Of a DNA stretch of 64,000 nucleotides, positions 41,801 through 54,700 are shown piece by piece; position 1 is the stretch's first letter; each line of letters begins with the position of its first letter. The notes below the pieces were generated by a model. That model had not been told where the DNA came from and ran no database searches. It saw only the letters and a list, made by a program, of their open reading frames with translations. Both the position numbers and the translations under genes were made by a program. Source of the DNA: Chrysomallon squamiferum (lineage: Eukaryota > Animalia > Mollusca); contig CM022673.1 in assembly GCA_012295275.1 (NCBI GenBank), forward strand, positions 12,896,001 to 12,960,000, written 5' to 3'.

Positions 41801-43919
41801 CATAAGTTGTTATTAGAAGATACATGTAAGAAATTCATTTCAATACAACTACCTCATAGGGCAGAGGTTTTGAAAAATTTGTGTAACTCTACCTCTTGAA
41901 GAAAATAGTTGGTACATGCAAATCCCTTTCCAAATATCACAACTGAGCAGCCTCATTATGGCCTTCCAAACAATACTGTTCTTGTTTTTTCACTTTAGCC
42001 GTTACTGAATTTTGCACAAGAACCTCCAGTGGTATGAATATACCATAGTTACAAAATGTCTGTTCTAGAGTAATGGTACAGGCATCATATGTACTTAAAT
42101 GGGGTGCAGACAATATGTTAACGGACAAAATGTCAAAAACAGAAAGGAAAAAAGGTATTAATGACTATGGGAGATATCACAAATTAAAAGTTAATTTAAA
42201 AGTTTCTCATTTGCTATTTTCTATAAACATATCCTTCCATATTATGTATAGACAAATTTAAAACTGATATTAATAAATTAATATTGATATTTTCTGGTTA
42301 TAATGTTCATAAATTTTGTTTGTTTTTTCGTTTGAATTCTTTTTCTTTCTTTCTTTTCTTTCTTTCCTTTTTTTTTTTTTTTTTCTCAAAGTACAAAAAT
42401 TATTTTGCATTTTTTCGACACTTTCTTTCATGGAATCAGTGATAAAAGAATTTTTTAAAAATTAAAAAATAAGAAGAAGAAGAAAAAAAAAATGGCTGTG
42501 TAAATAGTGGAAATCACCAGTACGTGGATTCAAACAATGACTGTTTGGTTATCTTTAAGTTGTCAACATAAAAACAAAAGAGAGCACTGCGGTGACCTCC
42601 CCTTGGCATTTTGTGAAGCCTGCAAATCTAGGTGATCAATGTGCTTCACCCATGACCCGTCAATTGCAACACCCTGCGCCAAAGTTCTGGCACTTGATGG
42701 CCATATTGTGTCCACATTCACATGCCAGTATCAACACACTACAAGCCGTCTCATTCTTAATTTTGTCACGTTCGTTTCAGAAATAACCAAACAGTTTTCA
42801 TTTCTACCTTCTCATTTTTATCCTCGTCATGTGTTTCAGTAGAAACAATTTGAAAACAAAGAAGGAAGCGGATTATCCTACAAATAATGTTGATAAAATT
42901 ATAAATAATAGTATATATAATAATATTATTCCAAGCTGTCGGTTAATGATATAAACATTTTATTTATTTTATTATTATGTGGCTGTTTTCTTATTTATTT
43001 ATTTATTTATTTATTTATTAAATTATATTTTACCCAAATTGTTTTTAATACTGTTTTTCATTTATTATTTTTGTAATGTATTATTTGACGGTTTTATTAA
43101 GTCTGTCCGCCTAACTGGCTATTTCGTATCAGCTGTTTTGATCAAGCGCCGTTTAAAAAAAAAAATAAAAATAAAATAAAATAATAATAATTAAAAATAA
43201 ATATAAATAAAAATACCCCCAAAACAACCCCAGCTATCACAACAATAAAAACAATAGTAAACTTTTTTTTTAACACTGACTTAACTGAGAAATTATTTCG
43301 TTTGTAGTTAGTTAATTCATTTCTTCATGGACTCTCGCCAAGTTGTCTGAAAAAGTGCGACCTAGTTTTGCATGTATAAAATCGGAATAGCACCAACATT
43401 TCGGTAATTACATTAGAAATGCTGGGATGTGTTTTAAATGGTTTAACATGTAAAAATCAACACAATAATTTGGAAAGTTTTGGGGATTTGGAGTGTAAAC
43501 AATTATATTTTCCCTTCAAATCCCACAAAACCAGTCAAAATTATCATTTTCATTCAGTTATCTATCAATCCAAATCATATTTGTAAAGTTAAATTTTTTT
43601 TTTTTTATTTATTTATTTATTATTATTATTATTATTTTTTAATTTCTATTATTGTTTATATTAAACGAGATATTAATATAATTAATTGTTTTTATTTTTT
43701 ATTTTTTATTTTTTTTTAATAATTTAGAATCAAGAATATTTTGAATGTATTTCCGGATAAATCATTAAATGTTAATTCACTTATATATTTTGATTTATTT
43801 TTGGCAAGAAATATAATTTCCAGAAATTGTAAGATATAGCGTTTCTTTAGTTTATATAATCTTGTTACTCGATATGCAGTTCAATTATAAATTAAATTGT
43901 GTTATTTTAAAGAACTGAA

Positions 43920-44140
43920 TTTTCGTTCGAGAAGGCTAGTGTGTCGTCTGCTAATTGGGCCAAATGGCGGCATAACTGGTTCAGTTTATTATTATTAGAA
44001 ATTAAATTTAATTATATTTATTGATGGTGGTTTTCATTTATATATGAAGTTATCTCGAATCAAGTAAATTAATTAACAAGTCTCGTTGCATTAGTTCGGT
44101 CCAGTGGTACATTTTTGTTATTTCTTAATGGCGGTAAGAT
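43920..44140 (+). promoter_or_regulatory. Putative proximal promoter and non-coding first exon of the four-jointed-like gene
   Basis: CpG-enriched; YY1-like AAATGGCGGC at ~43962 and AATGGCG at ~44127; donor GCG|gtaaga at 44133/44134; strong poly-T acceptor at 45064 downstream. Confidence 0.5.
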
Positions 44141-46686
44141 TGAAACGGAATGGTTGTTGCATCGCACATACATTCCATTGCAAACATTTATAAAATACTT
44201 ATTTGACATTTATTTACTTAATGATTGATTTGAAAAAAAAAAATAGAAAGAAAAATATATTCATCTCCAGATTAAGTATGTCCGACATTAACCATAATGT
44301 GAAAAAAAAAAAAAAAATGACGTCAATTAACACCTGTTTCGTTCTGTAAAATTAGAAATACTTTTGTTACATCTAATGCATTCAGCACTTTTGAATTTTG
44401 AATCAGCTAGTAGTAGCTTTTATATTCAACCAGCTATATTGCCAAATGTTAGATGTATAAACGTATTTTCGTACTTGCTTACCCGACATGATCATTTCCG
44501 AGATTTTGCTAATGAATATTAATATAATAATAACCATTATAAGAAAGAACATGTATCGGGATTATCATCGCGTTACATTTAATCTGTTGATAAATGCAAT
44601 CACTTAAAACCAATACACAGTTATTATTATTATTATTTTTACTTTCAAACAATAATCGGAATATTTGAAGAAATACAAATAATTAATTTAAAACTTTTTA
44701 GAATCATACGATCAAATTTGGATTTTAGATGCATGTTGGAGAAAGATTACGTTTATTTGTTACATTGAATAAAATAATAGTATATTAGCTTTTGGAATAT
44801 AAATGAACATTAATATAATGTCAGTGATTATAGATTTTTTGTTTCAGATCACAGGAAAACTGATATACTTATTTTAAATTAAATTTGTTTTAGCTATTTC
44901 ATTTGGTGAAATGAATTATTTAGGTTTAGTTAATTAGAAATAAATGCATTTATAATAATAATAATAATAAATAAACAAATAAAAATGTTAATGTAATAAT
45001 ATTAATGCTTTAATAATCTATTATTATTATTAATTAATTGTTTTTTTTTTTTTTTTTTTTTCAGTTAACAGGACTTGTTTTCTCTGCAGTATTAATTGTG
45101 ACAATAATGAGAGGATGCCCATTTTGACAGGTTTCTTAGCATAAAAGCACAGTGGAATGTTTTGTTAACTCCTCATCTATGCTGCCTTTTATAAAAAAAA
45201 GAGGAAGAGAGATGCTGCTGTGGACCCAGGTGATGGAGAAAATGTTTACCATGTAGAGTTTGTGTCTCATCTAGTGTAGAAACTCTAGCTAAGAGTGCCA
45301 GCTCAGATGACATCAAACGAAGACGAGTAAACACAATTTAAAGAGGGTGACTTCTCAGCACAGCATACAAACAACTGGCAACGCATGTGTTTCTCTTTCT
45401 CTTTCAAATAACCTCCTGTTTGCTGTTTTGTTAGGCCAGTTGTCCGTCACTGATCAATCAGTAATGTCTGGAAAGCAGAACTGACCAGATTCATGTGTTA
45501 AAGCTTTGAAAAAAATTCAGCAGAAAACATAAATTATGATAATAACACGTTTTTTTTATCCTTCAGCTTTGTCTTGCTTCTGTATAACTAACTGATTCTT
45601 GTGCAGTATTGACAGACCAGTTAACAGAGAATTTATTTTCTTGTGTGGAAAAATATTTCAGCAAATATGTTATTTCTTGGAGGTGATTAATGCATTTGAA
45701 CAGAGATAGTCTTTAGGCTAGAGCAAGCAAATCTGTTGTAAATTGGCTTGGAGAGGAATTGTATTTTGATGTAGAAATTTTTGATGTGATAAATTTCTGT
45801 CACAGAAGTTTGGATTATATATTACAAAAAAAACAACAAATTGGTAAAAATTTCTTCTGTTGAAACAAATTAAAATACAAAATTAAAAAAAATTAAACGT
45901 ACAAAACCTGAAAAAAGGAAACAGAAGTATTAACATTTTCAAGTTTCTAACTCAGGATTTAGTAAGAAAATCAAATGTTTATTATTGTACATTTGTAGTT
46001 GCCTACATTTTGTTATAAAAGTAAATTATTTCTAAGTGACCACATTGAAAAAGTGTTTAATATTAAACCAGATACTCAGTGGTCAGTGGACTTTGTAAGA
46101 AGAAACTAAATTGACCACACAAGAAAGTTGTTTGCTATACTTCTTTTGATAGGTCAGAATTATTTTCCCATTACTTGAAACGAAAAATGATCTTTTGTGG
46201 AGGTCCAATTTGAAGTAGAGCACCTGTTGTCAATAAAATGGTTTGTATAGCTTTGTCATCTCACATCAGCTGCAGTTAAAACAGACAAGTGAACAACAAC
46301 TTCACCGCCAAGTGTGATTGGACTTTTATTGCCTCAAGTGCTCAGCTATAATAGAGGGATGTTTGTATTTTTCAGACTGTTAATTCTTTCATGTTTTAAT
46401 TTCTCACCACATAACAACACTGTTAATGGGAAAGGCTTGTGTTTTATTTGGCTTTCCTGGTTCAAAGTATTGTCTCTGTAATCAAATGTTCATAAAATTT
46501 TAACTGCATCACAGAAGACAGCTGAAAGGACAAACTGGAAGAAAGATAAACTAGCAAATTAATATATTTTCAAAAGTAACATTTTTAGGTGTGCTTTAAA
46601 CAAACATACAGGTGGTTCTTAAAACAAATCAAAAATAAATTAACACAGCTGGGTACATCCATTTGATGTATACTGAATAAATAAGA

Positions 46687-47317
46687 ATGAAAAAGTGGAA
46701 AATTCAAAGTGTTAAGACTATGTTTTTCACTGCATTTTTCTTTACTTTTTGTTTTGTCCTGCTGCTAAATGTGATGATACATCAGCTCTCCACTGATGCT
46801 ACAGATACTGATGTAAATGAATATTCTGTGAACCAAAAAAATCTGCGCCAGCTTATGGGACCAGGACTCCAAAATTCTGATGAAAATTACATTGAATCGC
46901 AAGGACCTGATCGAAAACCTAAAGCTGCAAATGAATATGTATCGAACAGCAATAAAGAAAAAGAAGATTATTCTCCAAATGATGCATATCCTATAGAGTT
47001 AGAAGAGAAAATGGAACCAGAAGATGGAAAAAGTGATGATGTTCTACTTAATAATGATAAGAAGAATGAAAAACAGGTGGTGAAAATGCACATGAATGAG
47101 GAGAGTAAACAAATAATCCAAGATGATGATTTTGACAGTGATGAGGATGACAGTTATGATGATGAAGCTAAAAATGAACCCAAAGGTGTCACTGCAGAAT
47201 GTGTTCAGAATAAAAATGATATACCTATCCCACTTCATCAGAAACAAAGCACAATAAAAGATATTGTAGTAGATGGACTGTATTGGTCAGATGAAGTAGA
47301 AAAACTTGTTCCTAAAG
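46687..47317 (+). CDS. FJX1: Four-jointed-like kinase, coding exon 1 (signal anchor, acidic stem, YWS motif)
   Basis: ORF from ATG 46687; donor AAG|gtaatt after LVPK-G at 47317/47318. Confidence 0.88.
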
Positions 47318-48383
47318 GTAATTATAATTTACAGTACCTAAAAGTTATTGTTCTTGTGTCAGTAATGATGCTCTGGGTTATTATTTTCATACATTTTCAA
47401 ACACACTTATCCAAATGATCTAGTTTTCAGAGACTAGTATGTTATAAAAATCTAAAATGCAGCTGGAACTAATTGTGTTTCCAAAGCAGAGGTTTAAAAA
47501 AATAATAATAATAATTTAAATAAAAAAATGTTGTAATAGTAATAAATGTACATTAAAAACAACTATGAGGTTACAGTAAAAAATACTCTGTGCAGAAACA
47601 GGGTTCTGTTCATACTTTTTCAATTAAGGGATTTTTTTTTTCTTTCTTTTTTTATGATTTTTTTATGTATGAAATAATTTTCAGATATACTTTATAATTT
47701 TTGGGTTGTTGTCTTTTGTTGTTACTTAGACCTATTGGTAAATTTTAGATAAAATATAATTATTTATTAGAAAATTAATATAAAATTAAAAATTAAAAGG
47801 TATAGAACAAGAATAATTACATAAAGTAAAGGACAACATTGTGTATGATTAAAAAGATATCACATTATTCAGGGATTAGCCGATGACTAAGAATACTGTA
47901 ATATAATTTGGATTTAAAGAAATGACTCATTTTCATTTATAGTACTAGAAATTTTGGGAAGTATCTATGAATTAGAGGGAACAATCGAACAATTGTTCTT
48001 TATCTGTAAAGTGCAGTGCAGTGTTATACCTTTGTTTTGCAGTGTTAATTAAATTCTGACTTTATTATACAAGGATATATAGGATATAGTTCATAATATC
48101 TTTTATTAGCATATATGTGTATATAAAATAATTTATTATTATTATTTGTAAATATTTACAGAAAGAAACAGGTAATTTAACACACATGTTTGTAATATAA
48201 TATTATTTTTAATTTCATTTAAAATATTATATGCAATAACTTATAGTTATATACCTAAATTACTTAACATTCTAGCTTATATTTATCGGTATGAAAATAA
48301 AAAGAAGGAGTTATTAAACCTCAATGCAGGCCATCTCACCAACCTTAGCAAAAAAAAAATATATATAGATATGATTATTATTA

Positions 48384-48457
<74 letters not shown>

Positions 48458-51400
48458 ATAAAGAAAGAAAGAATAAAAGAACAGCTCTCAAATTATTTGA
48501 CGTAGTCTTCAAATTAAACTCAGGTATCAAAGAATTGGCATTGCCATAGCAACAGTGTGTTCTACTTTTACACTGCAGGTGACATTTTAATTAAGATGGA
48601 AGTGAGGTCTTGGGATTTGAGGCAGCCAACCAATAAAGATAATCTACAAGTACAACCATACGAACAACTTGATCTTTTCTTATCTCTGTTGCTGATATAC
48701 TAAAGTAGACTGAACTCATTTTAAACATGCTGCTTTCACATTATGCTTAACATGTCAAGTGCACGTGCAAACATGTCTACTGAAACATCTTCAAGCACTT
48801 TTCAGCAGCTGAGTATTGCTCAGATGTTTGATTATGTCTCTAGTTATATGAATATTCTGTGTTTTTTCTTCTAAAAACTATTTAAACAGAAACTGCTTTA
48901 TTTATAAACTTTAAGAGTTTTCATTGATTATCATGAGATGATTCCACCTTCATGGTCACAGCAGTCAACCATGATTTTTAAAATCACTTTCCAACAGAAA
49001 AGGAAGTATTTTTTAATAAAATGAATAAATAAATAATAAATAAATAAGAAAATAAAACAACTTCTTTTTCTAGAATTAAAATACAAATATTTTCACTCAG
49101 TTAAATTATGAATTAAAAAATCTGCTTTCAGATTGTTTAGACAGTCTCATATTTATTTATAAATATTGGATTTTAACAAATGCTCAAAGGATTATTTTTA
49201 ATATTAGTGAGATATTTGGAATGTGTTATGAATTTCTCATTTGTAGTGATTTAGTCTTCAATAATGTACAAATGTTCAGATGAGCAGCAGTGCCTAGGAG
49301 ATGGTCAGAAAGATATTAATTTTTTTATTTTTTTATTGTTCACTATTGGAATTATATTAACTAAAAATTTGCAAGGAAAAGATAATTTTTTAATTATTGA
49401 TTTGTATTTATTTTGTGTTGATTTCCCCCTCAGTATTCTAAATTACATGGATGTTTGAAATATAATAGAATGTAATACAGACAAACCCCTAAATTGTTGA
49501 ATAAATAAGAAATGTACAAAGAAGTGTGTTCTTTACATGAATCCTTTACCAAATGAATCACTTGAAGAATTTTGATAACGACAGATAAGTTCAAACTCAA
49601 TGTGCATTTCCCACAAATTAAAGGAAAATTTAAAAAAAAAAATTATAAAATATTTTTAGTCATAAAAGGAATATGAAACGATTTATGAGTTTATAGATTT
49701 GTAGATCAAACAGATAGGTGTACTGTTCATCTCTTAAGTTACCAAGAGCTTCTCCACACTAAATTAAGTGTTTGAAGAGGTTGGTACTTTCAGTACAGGT
49801 ACTTAATATTATTATAGGCACAACATTCAAAGAAATACTGCTGTATAAGTAGCCCCAAATGGAGAAGTAATAGGAACAAACTCTTTCTTTATAAAATATT
49901 TGTAAAAAAAATTTAAATTGTTTTTTTTTATAAAAAGGTACATCAATAATAATTTATCTTTTGCATCTAATTATTATAAAAATAAATATTTGTTTTTCAT
50001 CTTTGGTAGAGATGATAGATATTTTCTGGTTTTTAGCAATAGTCATTAATTTCAGGGCCAAGTTTGAGGAAATGGTTCCAAGGAAAAATTTAATGTATAC
50101 TAAGAATTAAATTCCACAAATTACCTTTAAAATTTTCTTTTCAAGCTAGATGTTTCATAAGATCAAGAGGAAAGGGGAAAAAATTAGAAATATAAATAAA
50201 CTGACCAATACAATTTATAATTTTTTGGTTTTTTGTTCCGTTTTTGTAGTTACAAAATAACAAAACTGGCTTACACAGTTATTAACAATTTGTTGAAGAG
50301 AATGTATGGTAGTATAAAACTGTCTTCTACCATATATTATGAATGTGGAGTGGCTTTGGAATTTTATACCTTACAGAGTTGTCTCCTATTTTTATTTATA
50401 TCCGTAATGTTTGTTAAGAAAGAATTAAAACAGATCCTGTGTAGCATCCTTATTACTAGAATGTCAACGCCAGTTTTTTCAAAGTTGTAAAAAGGTACAT
50501 GTAAAAATGTCAGTATTGGAATGGCTTTAAATCATATTTGACATACATTATTTTTATTATTATTTTTAATTTTTTTTTTAGGAATGTCTAAAAATGAGGC
50601 ATTAAAATGGATTAAGGTTGTTCGAGAAGGAAAAGTTAGTGAACTTTTGCCACCGTCTTGGGATCGTTGTGGAAGGCTAAAGAATGGTTTTGTAGTGATG
50701 ACAAATGGAGTTAAACTCTGTGCAAGATATCGTCACCCCTATAACAAAATGGTGCTAGGTATATGATCTGTTGCTTTTCTGTGTTTCAGTAACATTGTCA
50801 GTTTGATTTTCTTTTTTTCTTTTTTTCTTCTTTTTTCTTCTGTTAAACTTTGCATCAACTTCTATTAATGAATTTAAAATAAGTAAAATGTTGTGGTGGC
50901 ATATTGCAAACAACAAAACAAAAACACAAACAGGGGTAATAACATCAAAATACTTTCAGTACTTTTTTAATATAACAGAAAAAAATTCAGAATTAAACTA
51001 TTAGGTTGGAAATATGTGTATGTTTTATTTAATGGAGTAAAATAAGAAATTAGCATAGGCATTTCTTTTCCATAACCAGCATGGGATCTTTTTTGTTTAC
51101 TGAATGTTATCATGCTTATTTTCATTTATTATTGTTATTATTATTTAATTATTATAATATACAAGTTATTAACATTATGATAGTTACTGTCATGATATTT
51201 AATTTCCTTTTTTTTTATCATTATTGTTTTCAATTAGGTGAAGTGATGTCTTTTTATTTATCATTGATGCTGAAGATGGATAATGTGCCTGCTGCTCTTT
51301 TATCAAAGGTTAATGAAAGTTCATTTCAGTGGAAAGGAGTTGAACCCAAATCATTGGGCTGGGAAAACAGCCGATATGTAGCTCTGATTCAATGGATAGA

Positions 51401-51671
51401 TAACTTAGATTTCCATTTGTAAGTAACAAAATAATATTTTATTTAAATATGAACATAAATAAATAAGAAGAAATTTTCTCAGTGAAATTATGAACACGCT
51501 ACGAAATGAATAATGGCAGCTCTCTATGGTTTTTATATGTTGTCCTGGTTTATTATTAACAAAGGTGATCTCCATAAAAGGAAAAAAGAAAATAAAGTTA
51601 TCTTTAAGAAATAATAAATTGTATAATTTACAAGCCAGGTGTATATGTTAAATTTATAAATTTATAATCTA

Positions 51672-51732
<61 letters not shown>

Positions 51733-54700
51733 TTTACTTATTTGTTTTTTGTCTAGTTTTTACTTTTCTTACCTAAGCAGTTTTAGAGATCTGAAAATTA
51801 AAATGTTTAAAATTTTATTAATTTAAAAATGTTACATTTTAAATTAATGATCAGTGAACTTTTCTATTTTATTGTATAATTCTATAATGCAACTATCACA
51901 TTTTAATATAATTTATTATACCACTCCTTATCTCAGCTTATGTCACAGAATTCATTACAAGCCTGAGGTTAAAATTATAATGAAATTTGTCTGTACTACT
52001 ATAAAATTTTATTAATACTATTTAAGATTGAAAAAAAATGAATTTTACTTCTTTTTGTTTTCAGTTCTCATGTAAGAATACCTGCCTTGTTGTTTGATAT
52101 GTACAACACTAGCCGGGCTTTAGATTGTAAAGAAATAGTGAAATATAAACTGTCCCCTAAAACTATTGTTGATATTATACAGTGGGGAAGCATGGTTGTT
52201 TTTGATTATCTCACAGGAAATTATGACAGGTAAGTTTAATTTATTTCTTTCCTCTGTAAATTTAAGAATTAAAATTGGTGACAATGACAATGGGAACATG
52301 TTTATATGTATGTATCTGTTAGGTTTATATTTTGAAATACTCTGAAAACACCATTTGTTAGAATAGTACTACATCCATCTAGTAATTTTATTAATATATT
52401 AAACTAAAATTATTGGTTGTGGCTTGTTGTTTGTTGTGTTTTTAAATATTTATAAATAATAGATAATCCTTTTTTGTGAGGTCTTTGCTGAATCATAAAA
52501 TTAAAATTAAAGAAAATTTTAATGTAACTACTGAATTTAATCATAATTTGTATTTACTAACTGTAACAAAATCTAAAGGAGTGACACATCATTAACTCAT
52601 TGTTTCACAGAGTACAGATTTCCCATTTTCCTTTTAGACGCAGATTTAAATTAAATATAATCTTGATTGAAAAATCAATTATCTGATCTAAAAAAAAAAA
52701 AAACCTAAAAAAAACTGTCTTGTTGCACTGAATGCTTTAAAACAAACTTTTATAATGCCTTGTGAAAATAAGACAAATAGCTTTAATGCTAAAAGTAAAT
52801 ATTCAGTAACTTACCTTAAAAAGAGAGCCAGCATCTTCTGGACATTGTTCCAGTAATAAATGAGAGTCTGTTCAGTTACTTTGAGTTAATAACCTGGTTA
52901 TACGGAAATACACTTCTGTGCAAAGAGACAACTCATGATTAGATTGAAGACCACCACAGGCAGTATAATCCATTAGATAATGTCTGTCAGTGAGAATCCC
53001 AATTGACAAAATTACTTTCTCTATGATAAAAATTAGTATTTGCCCTTTCTCAAAATTTAATTTGAGTTTTGCAGGAATATTTTTTAAAACATATTTCCTT
53101 TTAATAATTATTATTTTCCATTTATTTTTCATTTATAAGCATATATAGAAATAAACTTGTATTTATTCAGCTATTTCTTTTTTCCCTTTTTCTATTTTAT
53201 TATTATTATTAATATTATTATTAATTGTCTTCTTAATTTTTACACATTTATGGTTATAAAATGGTTGTTGAGGTGTGCTATGTCAGTTGATTGTTCATTT
53301 CAGGTTATTTCATAAATTTATTATTTATAATTTGAAAATAAATCAAACATTATATTTTATATAGTAATATTTTTAATTTTAATTTTATTATATATGTTTA
53401 TGAAACATAAAATATAAAACTTGATTAAAATAACAAAAATTAAACCAAATCTCTGGAAGTTAATGTGAGATTTAAAGGCTTGCTCCTTTCACTAAATCTT
53501 TAACTATACTTATTTATTTAAACACATAAATGTTTTATTGTTATTGTTGTATTTCTTTTTTTGTCTTAAAAAAAGTATCCAACATATCAAAATAAGCAAA
53601 ACCTTTTCGTTAAAAGACTTCATGATGTTAACTGTGTACAAGTATTTACTTAGAACTTAAAAAGAACATGAAGATTTACTATTGATGATCTTATTTCTTG
53701 GATAACACATCATCATTAAATTTAGCTTTTCGTTGAGAAGATCAATCATTTCCATCCAAGAAACTAATTATGAATTCTAATACAATTTCCAGTTGCTGTC
53801 TACACATAAAATAATTATCTTTGTTCACTCTAATGCTTCCAAGGTTGTGGTAACTGACCATCTGAATTAGTGTGGCTCTCTAAATAACTACAATCAATTT
53901 TGTCATCTCTACAGATACTCATACATTAATTAACAAGATTTACCACCTCACATCATTTACTTAATACCAACAAAGGCCAACTTTTGTGAATGAAGTGAAA
54001 ATGAGGTTGTATGTCTGCTTGGTTAGTACAGACAGGCTTCTTTATGTATTGTTAATGCAGAAAGGAAAGTGGTAGCATTTTCAAAAGAATCTGATGACGA
54101 CAATAAAAACAGTAATAATGAAATTGAATGTGATGATGATTGTGATATGTCAAATATTCAAACAAATTTGATTTTATTTGCAATTATACTTGGATAGCCT
54201 TAAGGTGTGCTTGTATATATTTAAAACTCCAAAAGGTTTTAAAACAAATTGCAACATTTTGTTTAAAGAAAATTGAACATTAAAAAATTCTGCTGCAGAT
54301 TAAGAATCTAGTTATTTATTAATAAAAGACAATATATATAACTGATAAAACTACTTTGCCAGACTTTTATCCATGTCATTGTATCAGTACAAATAATGTT
54401 TTTTTTCTTCTTTTTTTTCACATAATTATATAAATATATTTCGTTTTCTTTATAGAGTTGCAAGCATGCAGGATGGAGCAGATGAACAAAAGTCACAGTC
54501 AGTGATTCAGGAAAACATTCGAAACTTGCGGAAGTCAACAACAACAGGCAAGTTCTGGCTAATAGACAATGAGAGTGGATTGCTGGATGCTTATGAACTT
54601 CTGTACGCCAGTTTTGAATATGGTGAGCGATTTGTGCAGTACCATTTGAGGATGCTGAAAACAATGTGCATATTTCAGCGGTCTCTTGTGGAGGCTGTGA

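Noticed and set aside
42575-42765. Assignment of the structured island to 7SK, U4 or RNase MRP
   Set aside because: Only isolated words match (CATTGATC.CC, CTTTGGCGCAG, CTCATTCT). The paired GAUC motifs of 7SK and the P4 pseudoknot of MRP are missing, so it is kept only as an unassigned candidate.
556-43719. Dozens of 60-200 aa ORFs in the ORF track (poly-Y/L/I, CV, HT repeats, F-rich)
   Set aside because: They are translations of microsatellites or AT-rich low-complexity DNA, with no splice-consistent models or recognisable domains.
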